Below are positions 39,784 through 51,470 of a stretch of 64,000 nt of DNA, one piece after another. Every line of letters starts with the position of its first letter. Within the stretch, counting starts at the first letter, position 1. Where the stretch lies: the NCBI GenBank assembly GCA_902610585.1, contig CACLWE010000001.1, positions 3,922-67,921 of the forward strand, read 5' to 3'. The notes under the pieces were generated by a model, which worked only from the letters and a program-made list of their open reading frames with translations, had not been told where the DNA came from and did no database searches. This DNA is from an uncultured Pelagibacteraceae bacterium. Its GTDB lineage: Bacteria; Pseudomonadota; Alphaproteobacteria; Pelagibacterales; AG-422-B15. The translations under genes and the position numbers were made by a program.

Positions 39784-41277
39784 ATGAATATTGTTAATCA
39801 TTTTATTAATGGTAAAGAGTACGTGAGTAAGTCAGATAGATTTGGTGACGTATATAATCCTGCAAATGGAGAAAAAATAAGAGAAGTTAACTTTGCTAAC
39901 AAAGAAGATGTATCCGTGGCAATAAGTTGTGCAGTCAAAGCAGGTAAAGAATGGGCTGATACTCCATCACTGACTAGATCTCGAGTTTTATTTAAATTCA
40001 AAGATTTAATTCTCAGAGATATGGACAAATTAGCTCTGGAATTAACAACAGAGCATGGAAAAATTTTATCAGACTCAGTTGGCTCAATAACAAGAGGCAT
40101 GGAAGTAGTTGAGTTTGCTTGTGGTATTCCTCATTTGCTTAAAGGAGAATATTCTGAAAACGTCGGATCAAATATCGACAGCTGGAGTATGCGACAGCCT
40201 CTTGGGGTTTGTGTAGGAATTTCACCTTTCAATTTTCCTGCTATGGTTCCAATGTGGATGTTTGTTATGTCTATTGCATGCGGTAATTCATTTATTTTAA
40301 AACCGAGTGAAAAAGATCCAACGGTTCCATACATGATGGGAGATTTACTTAAAGAAGCAGGGTTGCCAGATGGTGTTTTCAATGTGGTTAACGGCGATAA
40401 AGAAGCAGTAGACCTTCTGATCACCGATCCTGAAGTTGCATCAGTTAGTTTTGTTGGCTCGACTCCAGTTGCTGAGTACATTTATCATACATCTTCTAAA
40501 CACAATAAGCGCGTCCAGTCATTAGGCGGTGCAAAAAATCATATGGTTGTAATGCCTGATGCAGATTTAGACCAAGTTGTTGATGGCCTGATCGGCGCAG
40601 GGTATGGATCTGCAGGAGAGCGATGCATGGCTCTCTCTGTTGCTGTAGCTGTTGGTGATGTGGGTGATAAATTAATTGAAAAGCTTACCCCTCGCGTTCA
40701 GGGACTTAAAGTTGGCCCCGGAACAGATCCAGAAGTTGAAATGGGTCCACTCATCAGTGATGTACATTTATCAAAAGTAAAAAGCTATGTTGACTCTGGA
40801 GTTGCTGAAGGAGCTGATCTTATAGTGGATGGAAGATCAATATCTCTTCAAGGTTATGAAAATGGATACTTCATCGGAGGCTGTTTATTTGATCATGTTA
40901 AGGAAGATATGAAGATATATAGAGAAGAAATATTTGGACCTGTATTATCTGTTGTACGTCAACCTACTTTTGACGATGCTTTAAAAATGGTTAACGATCA
41001 TGAATTCGGAAACGGCACCACTATTTATACTCGTGATGGTGACACAGCTAGAGCTTTTGCTAATCAATGCAAAATTGGAATGGTTGGAGTGAATGTTCCC
41101 ATACCAGTACCCATGGCTTTTCATAGCTTTGGCGGTTGGAAAAGATCCTTATTTGGGGATCATGCAATGCATGGTATGGACGGAGTAAGGTTCTTTACGC
41201 GTCTCAAAACTGTTACTTCGAGATGGCCAACTGGTATTAGAAAAGGTGCTGAATTTACCATTCCAACAATGAAGTAA
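39784..41277 (+). CDS. mmsA: CoA-acylating methylmalonate/malonate-semialdehyde dehydrogenase
   Basis: 'PFNFPAM', 'KPSEKDP', 'GGAKNH', 'GSAGERCMA', 'EIFGP', 'NVPIPVP'. Confidence 0.95.
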   Translation: MNIVNHFINGKEYVSKSDRFGDVYNPANGEKIREVNFANKEDVSVAISCAVKAGKEWADTPSLTRSRVLFKFKDLILRDMDKLALELTTEHGKILSDSVGSITRGMEVVEFACGIPHLLKGEYSENVGSNIDSWSMRQPLGVCVGISPFNFPAMVPMWMFVMSIACGNSFILKPSEKDPTVPYMMGDLLKEAGLPDGVFNVVNGDKEAVDLLITDPEVASVSFVGSTPVAEYIYHTSSKHNKRVQSLGGAKNHMVVMPDADLDQVVDGLIGAGYGSAGERCMALSVAVAVGDVGDKLIEKLTPRVQGLKVGPGTDPEVEMGPLISDVHLSKVKSYVDSGVAEGADLIVDGRSISLQGYENGYFIGGCLFDHVKEDMKIYREEIFGPVLSVVRQPTFDDALKMVNDHEFGNGTTIYTRDGDTARAFANQCKIGMVGVNVPIPVPMAFHSFGGWKRSLFGDHAMHGMDGVRFFTRLKTVTSRWPTGIRKGAEFTIPTMK

Positions 41278-41338
41278 ATATTTAATTTATCTTGATTTTA
41301 ATCGCTATCTAGTTAGTTTACCGAGCTATAAACTCATC

Positions 41339-42301
41339 ATGACAAGTAAAAAAATATCACTTATAGGAGCTGGACAAATTGGAGGTACACTTGCTCATTT
41401 AGCTGCCATGAAAGAGCTTGGAGATGTAGTTCTTTTTGATCTGATGTCTGGACTGGCAAAAGGTAAAGCTCTTGATATAGCGCAGTCCTCAGCCATAGAT
41501 GGTTTTAATGTTTCCTTGTCTGGTACTGATAATTATGAGGATACAAGTGACTCTGATGTTATAATTATAACAGCTGGAGTTCCTCGAAAACCAGGAATGA
41601 CTAGAGACGACCTTTTGGGAACAAACTTAAAAATTATCAAGCAAGTAGCTGAAGGTATAAAATCAACTTCTCCTAATGCCTTCGTTATTTGTATTACAAA
41701 TCCATTGGATGTAATCGTTATGGCTCTTCAAAAATATTCAGGACTTCCAAAAAATAAAGTTGTTGGTATGGCTGGAGTTTTAGATACTTCACGTTTTAAA
41801 TATTTCTTATCACAAGAATTGAACGTTCCAATTAGCGAAGTAGACTCATTTGTTCTTGGTGGCCATGGTGATACAATGGTACCAGTTCCAAATAGAACTA
41901 TGGTTAGTGGTGAAAACCTGACTGATTTAGTGAATAAAGGAAAAATTTCAAAGGCTAGGCTTGACGAGATTATTGATAGGACGAGAAAAGGTGGAGCCGA
42001 AGTTGTAAAGTTATTGGAAACCGGATCCGCTTTTTATGGACCGGCAGCATCAGGAATTGAAATGGCCGACTCATATCTAAATGATAAGAAAAAAACGTTA
42101 CCATGCGCAGCATATTTAAATGGTGAATACGGTGTTTCAGATTTATATGTTGGAGTTCCTGTTGTTATTGGCTCAGCTGGAATTGAAAAAGTTGTTGAAC
42201 TTGATCTAGACGAAGAAGAAAAAAAATATTTTAAAACTTCAATCGAAGCAGTCAGTGAGCTATTTGAGGCTGCAAAAAATATTGATCCTTCACTTAAATA
42301 A
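41339..42301 (+). CDS. mdh: Malate dehydrogenase (LDH-like)
   Basis: 'GAGQIG', '[11 protein letters not shown]', 'ITNPLD', 'GGHGD'. Confidence 0.98.
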   Translation: MTSKKISLIGAGQIGGTLAHLAAMKELGDVVLFDLMSGLAKGKALDIAQSSAIDGFNVSLSGTDNYEDTSDSDVIIITAGVPRKPGMTRDDLLGTNLKIIKQVAEGIKSTSPNAFVICITNPLDVIVMALQKYSGLPKNKVVGMAGVLDTSRFKYFLSQELNVPISEVDSFVLGGHGDTMVPVPNRTMVSGENLTDLVNKGKISKARLDEIIDRTRKGGAEVVKLLETGSAFYGPAASGIEMADSYLNDKKKTLPCAAYLNGEYGVSDLYVGVPVVIGSAGIEKVVELDLDEEEKKYFKTSIEAVSELFEAAKNIDPSLK

Positions 42302-43459
42302 ATGAATATACACGAACATCAAGCAAAGGAATTATTTGACGGTTATGATATACCTGTGTCCAAAGGAAGCGTTGCATATGAAAAAAGTCAGATAAATGAA
42401 GCAGTAGGAAAAGTTAAGGGTCCAATTTGGGTTGTTAAAGCGCAAATTCATGCAGGTGGCAGAGGTAAAGGTGGAGGCGTTAAAGTAGTTTCTTCAAAAG
42501 AAGAAGCTGTAAATGAGGCTGAAAAAATGTTTGGTATGAATTTAATAACGCCTCAAACAGGCCCTGCAGGAAAAGAAGTAAAACGTATCTACATTGAAAA
42601 TGGGTCGGATATTAAAAAAGAATTATACCTTTCTTGTTTATTAGACAGAGCGACAAGCAAAGTTGCCTTTATTGTATCTAAGATGGGAGGTATGGACATT
42701 GAAGCAGTTGCAAAAGATACCCCAGAAAATATAACAACAGTTCAAATAGAGCCTTCAATAGGTGTTACTGAAAATGATATAAATACAATTAGTAAAGCTT
42801 TTGAACTCAAAAAAGATCTTGAGGGCCAACTTTCTGATCTTATAAAAAATATGTATAAATTTTTTTTAGAAAAAGATGCTAGTCTTGTTGAAGTTAATCC
42901 TTTGATTATAACTGAGACTGACAAACTATTGTGTCTCGATGCTAAAGTTAATTTTGATGATAATGCTTTATACCGCCATCCAGAAATTGAGGAATTAAGG
43001 GATGAGAATGAAGAGGATGAATACGAAAGAGAGGCATCAAAATATGATCTCGCATATATAAAATTGGATGGGAATATAGGCTGTATGGTCAATGGCGCAG
43101 GCTTAGCAATGGCTAGCTTAGATATTATTAAAATGTATGGTGGTGAGCCCGCCAACTTTCTTGATGTTGGCGGTGGAGCTTCTAAAGAAAAGGTTTCGAG
43201 TGCATTTAAAATTATTCTTTCTGATAAAGGTGTAAAAGGCATCTTAGTTAATATCTTTGGTGGAATCATGAGATGTGACATCATTGCTGAAGGAATTGTT
43301 GCTGCTGCAAAAGAATTAGAAATCTCTGTACCGCTTGTAGTTAGACTTGAAGGCACAAATGTTGATGAAGGTAAAAAAATTCTTGATAATTCAAGTATCG
43401 AAATTATTTCTGCCAATGATTTAGATGATGCAGCAAAAAAAATAGTCAAGTTAGTTTAA
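42302..43459 (+). CDS. sucC: Succinyl-CoA synthetase beta subunit
   Basis: 'MNIHEHQAK', 'AGGRGK', 'NGAGLAM', '[10 protein letters not shown]'. Confidence 0.98.
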   Translation: MNIHEHQAKELFDGYDIPVSKGSVAYEKSQINEAVGKVKGPIWVVKAQIHAGGRGKGGGVKVVSSKEEAVNEAEKMFGMNLITPQTGPAGKEVKRIYIENGSDIKKELYLSCLLDRATSKVAFIVSKMGGMDIEAVAKDTPENITTVQIEPSIGVTENDINTISKAFELKKDLEGQLSDLIKNMYKFFLEKDASLVEVNPLIITETDKLLCLDAKVNFDDNALYRHPEIEELRDENEEDEYEREASKYDLAYIKLDGNIGCMVNGAGLAMASLDIIKMYGGEPANFLDVGGGASKEKVSSAFKIILSDKGVKGILVNIFGGIMRCDIIAEGIVAAAKELEISVPLVVRLEGTNVDEGKKILDNSSIEIISANDLDDAAKKIVKLV

Positions 43460-44340
43460 TGTCAGTAATAGTTAACAAAGATACAAAAGTTATTTGTCAG
43501 GGTTTCACCGGATCACAAGGTACCTTTCATTCAGAACAGGCAATTAAATATGGCACTAACATGGTTGGTGGAGTTACTCCAAAAAAAGGAGGAACTGAGC
43601 ACTTAGGGTTACCAGTATTTGATACAGTAAAAGAAGCTAAAGATAAAACGGAAGCAAATGCCACTGTAATTTATGTTCCTCCCCCATTTGCCGCAAAAGC
43701 AATTTTAGAAGCAATAGATAGTGAGATGGAGCTAATAGTTTGTATAACAGAGGGAATTCCTGTTATGGATATGCTAGAGGTCAAAGATAAATTAAGATCT
43801 TCCAAATCACGTCTCATTGGCCCCAATTGTCCCGGAGTCATAACTCCTGATGAGTGTAAGATTGGTATAATGCCAGCGCATATTCATCAAAAGGGAAACG
43901 TAGGAATTGTATCTAGGTCTGGAACACTAACTTATGAAGCAGTTTATCAAACAACAGTGGAAGGTCTTGGACAATCCACCTGTATTGGAATAGGGGGCGA
44001 TCCAGTGAATGGAACAAACTTTATTGATTGTTTGGAACTTTTCTTATCTGATCCGGAAACTGAATCGATAATCATGATTGGTGAAATTGGTGGTTCAGCT
44101 GAGGAAGAAGCAGCTGAATTTTTGAGAAAAGAAAAGGTAAAAAAGCCAACCGTTGGATTTATTGCAGGAACGTCAGCCCCTCCAGGAAGAAGAATGGGAC
44201 ACGCTGGAGCAATTGTATCTGGAGGGAAAGGTGGAGCAGAAGATAAAATTGAAGCCATGAAGAGTGCTGGGATTCAAATTTCAAATTCTCCAGCAGCTTT
44301 AGGATCAACTTTACTTGAGGTATTAAAGAATCAAAACTAA
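43459..44340 (+). CDS. sucD: Succinyl-CoA synthetase alpha subunit
   Basis: 'QGFTG', 'GPNCPG', 'SRSGTLTYE', 'RMGHAGA'. Confidence 0.98.
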   Translation: MSVIVNKDTKVICQGFTGSQGTFHSEQAIKYGTNMVGGVTPKKGGTEHLGLPVFDTVKEAKDKTEANATVIYVPPPFAAKAILEAIDSEMELIVCITEGIPVMDMLEVKDKLRSSKSRLIGPNCPGVITPDECKIGIMPAHIHQKGNVGIVSRSGTLTYEAVYQTTVEGLGQSTCIGIGGDPVNGTNFIDCLELFLSDPETESIIMIGEIGGSAEEEAAEFLRKEKVKKPTVGFIAGTSAPPGRRMGHAGAIVSGGKGGAEDKIEAMKSAGIQISNSPAALGSTLLEVLKNQN

Positions 44341-44354
44341 AATTAATCTGCTTA

Positions 44355-47315
44355 ATGACAAAGTCATCCATAAACGATATTTTTGATAAAACATCTTTCC
44401 TGCACGGTGCAAACGCAGTTTATATCGAACAAATGTTCGAAAGATTTCAAAATAATCCCGCTGACATTCCAGATGATTGGAGAACTTTTTTTTCTGGTAT
44501 TACAGATAACTTAAATCAACAAAATATTCTTCGTGCCAGTTGGGCATCTCAAAATGTAGAAACCAATAATGAAGAAGATACTTTAGAAAATATTAATGAG
44601 AGTGAAATCAAAATAGAGTCCCAAATATTAAATAAAGATAACATTGTTACGAGTGAAGTATTTAAAGAACAGGTTTTTGACTCAATAAGGGCAATAAGAC
44701 TTATCAGAGCTTATAGAGTTAATGGTCATCTTGCATCAAATCTGGATCCACTAAATTTAAAAGAAATTAAAACATATTCTGAACTTGATTATAGAAATTA
44801 TGGTTTCAAAGAAAATGACCTTGATAAAGAAATTTTTATTGACGGAAGTCTTGGTCTAAACTTTGCTAAACTCAGAAATATAATTGACATACTTAAGGAA
44901 ACTTATTGCGGATCTATAGGTGTTGAATTTGTTCATATTCAAGATGCTGATCAAAAGCAATGGGTTCAAGAAAGAATAGAGGAAGTTAGAAATAAAACAC
45001 AGTTTACCTCAAACGGTAAGAAAGCAATATTCAAACGTTTGCTTGAAGCTGAAATGTTCGAGCAATTCCTTGATAAAAAATTTATAGGCACCAAAAGGTT
45101 TGGGCTCGTTGGCAGTGAGTCGACTGTCCCAGGCATTGAGCAAATAATAAAACAAAGCTGCTTAGCAGGAGTCGAGGACATATATATAGGAACCGCACAT
45201 CGTGGGAGATTAACTCTTCTTTCATCTGTTATGGAAGTTCCCTTGCGATCAATTATGGCAAAATTTGAGGGTGGAGGAGAGGATCCAAATGAAGTTTTAG
45301 GATCCGGGGACGTGAAGTACCATTTAGGGATTTCAAGTGATAGAGAGTTTGATGATAAAAAAATTCATCTTTCTTTGACGCCAAACCCATCACATTTGGA
45401 GGCAGTGGATCCCGTAGTGATTGGAAAAGTTAGAGCTGAGCAAACATTGCTTCAAGATAAAACAAACGACAGAGTAATAGGACTATTAATTCATGGTGAT
45501 GCTGCAATGGCTGGGCAAGGTGTTGTTGCAGAAACTTTTGCGATGTCGCAATTACGGGGTTTTCGCACAGGAGGTACAATTCATTTTGTTATTAACAATC
45601 AAATAGGTTTCACCACAATGCCCCATTATGGTCGTTCAGCTCCATACTGTACCGAAATAGCAAAAATCATACAGGCGCCGATATTTCATGTTAATGGAGA
45701 TGATGTTGAAGCAGTCGTTCATGTATGTAGACTAGCAGTTGAATTTAGAAATAAATTTAAAACTGACGTTGTAGTAGATATGTTTTGTTATCGTCGATCT
45801 GGCCATAATGAAATGGATTTACCAGAATTTACACAGCCGCTAATGTATCAAAAAATTAAATCTCACCCTTCTACTCTTAAAATTTATGAAAAAAAACTTA
45901 TTGAAGAGGGTGTTTTAACTAATGATGATGTTGAAAATGAAAGATCAATTTACGCCAGTAAATTGAATGAAGAGTTAAAATTTGCAAAGTCGTATAAGCC
46001 AAATAAAGCTGACTGGCTTGAAGGTTCATGGAAAGGTATAACGGTAGCGTCAATCGATGCAAGAAGAGGTAAAACAGCTATTACTGAAAATGAGCTTTTA
46101 AAAATTGGGGAAGAAATACATACCATTCCAGAAAACTTTAACCCTCATAGAAGAATAAAAAAAATTTATGATGATAGATTATCAAGTATACAAACAGGTA
46201 ATGGAATTGACTGGGCAACTGCTGAGTCTCTTGCATTTGCTTCATTGTTATCAGAAGGTTATGGAGTAAGGCTTTCTGGTCAAGACTCGGGCAGAGGCAC
46301 TTTTAGTCAAAGACATGCAGTTCTTTATGATCAAGTAAGCGAGAAAAGATTTGTACCATTGAGACATTTTAGAGAAAAACAAGGATTTTTTGAAATCATT
46401 GATAGTTTTTTATCTGAGTATGGTGTTTTGGGTTTCGAATATGGTTATTCACAAGTTGATCCAAGAACTCTAGTGCTTTGGGAGGGTCAATTTGGTGACT
46501 TTGCAAACAATGCTCAGACAATAATTGACCAATTTATAACTACTGGTGAGAGAAAATGGTTAAGAATGTCAGGTCTGACATTGCTTTTGCCACACGGCCA
46601 TGAAGGCCAGGGACCTGAACACACAAGTGGAAGATTAGAGAGATTTTTACAAATGTGTGCCGAGGACAATATTCAAGTTGTTAATTGTACTTCACCCGCA
46701 AATTATTTTCATGCTCTTAGAAGACAGCTTCATAGAGATTTCAGAAAACCACTGGTTATCATGACACCTAAATCTACATTAAGGCACAAAAAAAATACAT
46801 CTAGCATTGAAGAATTTACAAATGGATCAACCTTTCATCGAATTTTAAGAAAAGAACTAACTTCAGATCAAAAATCAAAAGTAAATAGATTGCTTTTATG
46901 TTCTGGAAAAATATATTTTGAGCTTGATGACCATCTTGAAAAATTAAAAAAAGATAATGTACACATTTTAAGATTTGATCAATTGTATCCATTTCCTTAT
47001 GAAGTTTTAAAAGAAGAAGTGTTACAGTTTCCAAATGCTGAAATAATTTGGGTTCAAGAAGAGCCATCAAATATGGGAGCATTCAGATTTGTTAAACATC
47101 GTATTGAGTCAGTATTACAGGGAGTAACAGGAAAATATAAAGAGCTACTATTTATAGGTAGAAAGGCATCCGCATCTCCTGCTACTGGTATAGCCAATCG
47201 TCATGCAGAAAACCAAGCCAATATTATAAAGCTGGCTGTAGAGAGCGATATAAATGAAATTAAAAAACACAAGGATGGCGTAACATTAGTTAAATTTAAA
47301 CTGCCGATTGAATAA
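44355..47315 (+). CDS. sucA: 2-oxoglutarate dehydrogenase E1
   Basis: 'GDVKYHLG', 'NPSHLE', 'HGDAA..GQG', 'NNQIGFTT', 'GQDSGRGTF', 'QFGDF'. Confidence 0.97.
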   Translation: MTKSSINDIFDKTSFLHGANAVYIEQMFERFQNNPADIPDDWRTFFSGITDNLNQQNILRASWASQNVETNNEEDTLENINESEIKIESQILNKDNIVTSEVFKEQVFDSIRAIRLIRAYRVNGHLASNLDPLNLKEIKTYSELDYRNYGFKENDLDKEIFIDGSLGLNFAKLRNIIDILKETYCGSIGVEFVHIQDADQKQWVQERIEEVRNKTQFTSNGKKAIFKRLLEAEMFEQFLDKKFIGTKRFGLVGSESTVPGIEQIIKQSCLAGVEDIYIGTAHRGRLTLLSSVMEVPLRSIMAKFEGGGEDPNEVLGSGDVKYHLGISSDREFDDKKIHLSLTPNPSHLEAVDPVVIGKVRAEQTLLQDKTNDRVIGLLIHGDAAMAGQGVVAETFAMSQLRGFRTGGTIHFVINNQIGFTTMPHYGRSAPYCTEIAKIIQAPIFHVNGDDVEAVVHVCRLAVEFRNKFKTDVVVDMFCYRRSGHNEMDLPEFTQPLMYQKIKSHPSTLKIYEKKLIEEGVLTNDDVENERSIYASKLNEELKFAKSYKPNKADWLEGSWKGITVASIDARRGKTAITENELLKIGEEIHTIPENFNPHRRIKKIYDDRLSSIQTGNGIDWATAESLAFASLLSEGYGVRLSGQDSGRGTFSQRHAVLYDQVSEKRFVPLRHFREKQGFFEIIDSFLSEYGVLGFEYGYSQVDPRTLVLWEGQFGDFANNAQTIIDQFITTGERKWLRMSGLTLLLPHGHEGQGPEHTSGRLERFLQMCAEDNIQVVNCTSPANYFHALRRQLHRDFRKPLVIMTPKSTLRHKKNTSSIEEFTNGSTFHRILRKELTSDQKSKVNRLLLCSGKIYFELDDHLEKLKKDNVHILRFDQLYPFPYEVLKEEVLQFPNAEIIWVQEEPSNMGAFRFVKHRIESVLQGVTGKYKELLFIGRKASASPATGIANRHAENQANIIKLAVESDINEIKKHKDGVTLVKFKLPIE

Positions 47316-47341
47316 TAATCTTAAAGTGTTAAATATTAAAT

Positions 47342-48580
47342 ATGTCTGTTGAAATCAAAGTTCCTTCACTCGGAGAAAGCGTTGTAGAGGCAACGGTAGC
47401 AAAATGGTATAAGAATGAAGGTGACTCTGTATCCGTCGATGAACCACTGCTTGAGCTTGAGACAGATAAAGTAACTCTTGAAGTTCCTTCGCCATCAAAT
47501 GGCTGCATACAAAAAATCAACGCAGAAGAAGGTTCAACTGTTGAAGTTGGAGCAATCTTAGGGTCTATTGATGAAAATGCATCTATAGACAAAAAAGTTA
47601 ATCAGTCAGAACCAGTAATTGAAAAATCAGTTACGACTCCAGAAAAAATTATTCCTGAGGAAATAAAGTCTCCACCAAAAGAAGAGATGCCCATTCAAAT
47701 TGATAATTTAAATAATCAAAAATTATCACCTGCTGTAAGAAAAATTGCTGCTGAAAAGAATATAAATATTAATACTGTAACCTCTTCAAGAGAGGATGGT
47801 AGAATTACTAAATCTGACGTCATAAATTATCAAAATATAGAAAAACAAGAAAATACTCCTCAAACAATTAGACAAACCGATAAAAGAGAAGAACGAGTGC
47901 CCATGTCGCGTTTAAGGCAAACCATTGCGAAACGTCTAAAGGATGCCCAGAATAATGCTGCTATGCTCACAACATTTAATGAGGTTGATATGAGTGAGCT
48001 TATAAAGACACGTAATGATCATAAATCAGAATTTGAAAAAAAGTATGGCGTGAAATTAGGCTTCATGTCTTTTTTTGTAAAAGCATGTATAACTGCGCTG
48101 AGAGATATTCCTGAAGTAAATGCAGAAATTGAAAATAACGATGTCATTTATAAAAACTTTTACAATATTGGTGTTGCTGTTGGAACTGATCAAGGCCTCG
48201 TCGTACCAGTTGTTAAAGACGCCGATAAAAAATCTCTTGTTGAAGTAGAAAAAGAAATCTATCAACTGGGACAGAAAGCTCGTTCTGGCCAATTAAGTAT
48301 TGAAGATATGCAGGGCGGTACATTTACAATATCCAATGGTGGTGTTTATGGATCTTTAATGTCAACTCCAATATTAAATCCACCTCAATCAGGAATATTG
48401 GGAATGCATAAAATAGAAGAAAGACCCATAGCTATTGATGGTGAAATAACAATTAGACCAATGATGTATCTTGCCCTTTCATACGATCATAGAATAGTAG
48501 ACGGCAAAGGAGCTGTAACTTTTTTAGTGAGAGTTAAAGAGGGTCTAGAGGATCCAAGTAGATTATTGTTAGGAGTTTAA
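47342..48580 (+). CDS. sucB: Dihydrolipoamide succinyltransferase E2
   Basis: Lipoyl 'ETDKV', 'SPAVRK', 'YDHRIVDG'. Confidence 0.98.
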   Translation: MSVEIKVPSLGESVVEATVAKWYKNEGDSVSVDEPLLELETDKVTLEVPSPSNGCIQKINAEEGSTVEVGAILGSIDENASIDKKVNQSEPVIEKSVTTPEKIIPEEIKSPPKEEMPIQIDNLNNQKLSPAVRKIAAEKNININTVTSSREDGRITKSDVINYQNIEKQENTPQTIRQTDKREERVPMSRLRQTIAKRLKDAQNNAAMLTTFNEVDMSELIKTRNDHKSEFEKKYGVKLGFMSFFVKACITALRDIPEVNAEIENNDVIYKNFYNIGVAVGTDQGLVVPVVKDADKKSLVEVEKEIYQLGQKARSGQLSIEDMQGGTFTISNGGVYGSLMSTPILNPPQSGILGMHKIEERPIAIDGEITIRPMMYLALSYDHRIVDGKGAVTFLVRVKEGLEDPSRLLLGV

Positions 48581-48581
48581 T

Positions 48582-49973
48582 TTGGAACAATTTGATATCA
48601 CAGTGATTGGCAGCGGGCCTGCTGGTTACGTTTGTGCAATTAGGGCATCACAACTTGGATACAAGGTTTGTTGTATCGAAAAGGGACAAACGCTTGGCGG
48701 TACCTGCTTAAATATTGGATGTATTCCCTCAAAATCTCTATTGCATTCTTCTCATTTATTTCATCAAGCTTCAGAACTTAATCAATTAGGCATTAATTTT
48801 GATAACGTATCGTTTGATCTAAATAAAATAATGAAATCTAAAAATGAAAGCGTCGAGTCACTTACAAGTGGCATCGACTTTCTTTTTAAAAAAAATAAAG
48901 TTACAAGAAAATTGGGATTTGCGAAGTTCATTGACAATGAGCAAATTGAGATTTTAACTGGCGATAGTTCTGAGGTTATTAAATCATCTAAAACAATTAT
49001 TGCTACAGGTTCAGAAGTTGTTTCACCTGAGGGAGTGATCATTGATGAAATTGATATCTTATCATCCACTGGAGCTTTAAGTTTATCGTCTGTTCCAAAG
49101 CACCTAATGGTTATTGGTGCAGGTTACATTGGCCTGGAAATGGGATCTGTTTGGTCAAGACTAGGGTCAAAGGTAACGGTTATTGAATATGCTGACCGAA
49201 TACTTCCTGGAATGGACCAAGAAATTTCTGATGCTTTTCAAAAAATACTCATTAAACAAGGATTTGATTTTAAACTTTCCACTGCTTTAAGAAAGGTAAA
49301 TAAAAGCGACGGCTCGCTTTCTGTTTCGGTTGAAAACAATGGTCAAACTCTTGATATGGATTGTGACAAAGTTTTAATATCGACTGGTCGAAAACCTTAC
49401 ACTTTTGGTCTGAACTTAGAGAAGATAGGAGTAAAAACGAATGATAAAGGCTTTATTGAGACTAATCAGCATTTTAATACTTCGATTGAAAATATTTACG
49501 CAATCGGTGATTGTAAAGTAGGACCAATGCTTGCCCATAAAGCTTCAGAAGAAGGTACTGCTGCAGCTGAGATTATTGACGGTCAGGCTGGACACGTTAA
49601 CTACAATACAATTCCATCGGTTATTTATACTGCCCCAGAAGTAGCATCAGTTGGAAAAACAGAGGAAGAATTAAAGAAAAACAACATCACATACAAAATA
49701 GGTAAATTTCCGTTTTCAGCAAATGGTAAAGCTAAAGTGATGAATGAAACAAGCGGGTTTGTGAAGATCTTATCTGATAAAAATACAGATGAAGTATTAG
49801 GTGTTCATATCATTGGAGCAGACGCCGGCAACCTTATTGGCGAACTCACAATTGCAATGGAATTTGGAGCATCAGCTGAGGATATCGCAAGAACGTGTCA
49901 TGCACATCCAACTCTAACAGAATCAATAAAAGAAGCTGCGTTAAACGTGGATAATCAAGCTATTCATATTTAG
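48582..49973 (+). CDS. lpdA: Dihydrolipoamide dehydrogenase E3
   Basis: 'GGTCLNIGCIPSK', 'GAGYIGLE', 'HAHPT..E'; TTG start. Confidence 0.98.
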   Translation: MEQFDITVIGSGPAGYVCAIRASQLGYKVCCIEKGQTLGGTCLNIGCIPSKSLLHSSHLFHQASELNQLGINFDNVSFDLNKIMKSKNESVESLTSGIDFLFKKNKVTRKLGFAKFIDNEQIEILTGDSSEVIKSSKTIIATGSEVVSPEGVIIDEIDILSSTGALSLSSVPKHLMVIGAGYIGLEMGSVWSRLGSKVTVIEYADRILPGMDQEISDAFQKILIKQGFDFKLSTALRKVNKSDGSLSVSVENNGQTLDMDCDKVLISTGRKPYTFGLNLEKIGVKTNDKGFIETNQHFNTSIENIYAIGDCKVGPMLAHKASEEGTAAAEIIDGQAGHVNYNTIPSVIYTAPEVASVGKTEEELKKNNITYKIGKFPFSANGKAKVMNETSGFVKILSDKNTDEVLGVHIIGADAGNLIGELTIAMEFGASAEDIARTCHAHPTLTESIKEAALNVDNQAIHI

Positions 49974-50550
49974 CTTCCTTTTTTGTTATTAATAAAGTCA
50001 TCAAGTACAGCCAGACTGCTACAACTACATGATAAAAATGCCAGCTGAGATTTGGTTCAAACAGCTGAACCTGTCTAATAATAAAATTAACCAGTATAAT
50101 TGAAAAAATGAAGCTTGATACGAAACGAGAAGAAATTTTTTCTCTTGGTATCAAAAAAGAAAAAATTATTCCGAGAATAAGCCACATAACAGCATACATG
50201 ATGATTAAACTCTTTGCTTGAAAGAAAATATATATACTTATCAATGCCATTATTAGTGCAAAAATTAAAATTATCTTTTCATTAAGGAACTGACTTTTTT
50301 TAATGACGTTTATCGTGATAAGTGGCACTCCGAATAGAAGTGATAGAGCTGTGAACAATTGATGTGAAGACTTCAGCTCGGTATGCATGTTCAAGCCAAA
50401 CCTAAGGGTTGCTAAAAAAGCTGCGACTGCCAGTACTAAAACTCCGGCAGCAGCAAAGTTTAGCTTATGTTGCAAAAAGACTCTTATTGAGTATGCACCA
50501 GCTATTACAATCAGTATTTCAGAAAGAGCAAAATGAGCTGGAGGTGTCAT
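49960..50550 (-). CDS. Uncharacterised polytopic membrane protein (about 7 TM, His-containing)
   Basis: Hydrophobic throughout; 'HFALSE', 'LRFG', 'WHFYH'; TAATG coupling to the upstream gene. Confidence 0.75.
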   Translation of the reverse strand: MTPPAHFALSEILIVIAGAYSIRVFLQHKLNFAAAGVLVLAVAAFLATLRFGLNMHTELKSSHQLFTALSLLFGVPLITINVIKKSQFLNEKIILIFALIMALISIYIFFQAKSLIIMYAVMWLILGIIFSFLIPREKISSRFVSSFIFSIILVNFIIRQVQLFEPNLSWHFYHVVVAVWLYLMTLLITKKEAKYE

Positions 50551-51470
50551 TAATGACTTTTAATCGCCCTGTTATAGTCTTCTTTAATTTGAGTTGAAGT
50601 TTTTCGAGTTCCGTCATGCGACCATCCAGGAGGGCCAAAAAGATACATAAATCTATCTTTAAGCGAAATACCGCGCATTGAAATGTCTTTAAATATATTT
50701 GCATATTCTTCAAATAATATCCTAAGAGGATTCAAAGATGTCATCGGAACCACCAATCCATAGTCACATGGTTCTTTTGGATCTTCAGCAACAAATGTTC
50801 CAAACATTCTATCCCAAACCATTAGTGTTCCAGCATAATTTGCATCAAGGTATTTCGGATTTCTTGCATGATGAACTCTATGGTGTGAAGGTGTGTTAAA
50901 TAAATACTCATACCAGCGTGGTAACTTATATATAGTTTGAGTGTGGCATAAATATTGGTAGTAACCGTTTATAAACACACAGAATAAAACCATTACTGGA
51001 TCAAAGCCAATGATTACAAGTGGTATTTTGAGCATTCGAGTTCCAGTGAAGTGTTTTGTAAATGGTTGTCTTGCACCCACATCGATGCCCATTCTTTCTG
51101 AAGAGTGGTGAGTTCGATGCAGCCCCCAGCCCCATCTCCATCGATGACAAATTCTGTGATGTAAATAAAAAGTTAAATCATCAAGTATGAAGCATAAAAC
51201 TAAAGCGCTTAAAGTAAATGGGAATGTATAAATCTGAAATTCCTTAGCCCAAAATAGAGCTCCTAGTGTTATAAACGCAAATAGTCCATTAACAGGGTAA
51301 CTCAAAACTCCCATGGACATATTTAATATCCATTCTTTAAAATCATTTTTACCTTTCAATTTAAAGAAATATATAGCTAATGTTTCTATTACTGCTATTC
51401 CAATTAAAATTGGTACCAATAACCAAAAAAGCTCTAGAGCGGAATATCGGAACAAAAAATCAACTGACAT
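50550..51470 (-). CDS. Sterol desaturase/fatty acid hydroxylase family protein (alkylglycerol monooxygenase-like)
   Basis: His boxes 'HRICH', 'HRTHHSSE', 'CHT', 'TPSHHRVHH', plus 'NYAG' and 'WDRMFGTF'. Confidence 0.9.
   Translation of the reverse strand: MSVDFLFRYSALELFWLLVPILIGIAVIETLAIYFFKLKGKNDFKEWILNMSMGVLSYPVNGLFAFITLGALFWAKEFQIYTFPFTLSALVLCFILDDLTFYLHHRICHRWRWGWGLHRTHHSSERMGIDVGARQPFTKHFTGTRMLKIPLVIIGFDPVMVLFCVFINGYYQYLCHTQTIYKLPRWYEYLFNTPSHHRVHHARNPKYLDANYAGTLMVWDRMFGTFVAEDPKEPCDYGLVVPMTSLNPLRILFEEYANIFKDISMRGISLKDRFMYLFGPPGWSHDGTRKTSTQIKEDYNRAIKSH

Noticed and set aside
42742-43449. 235-aa antisense ORF inside sucC
   Set aside because: Shadow frame of a highly conserved gene; Ser/Ile/Pro-rich composition typical of antisense frames, no motifs
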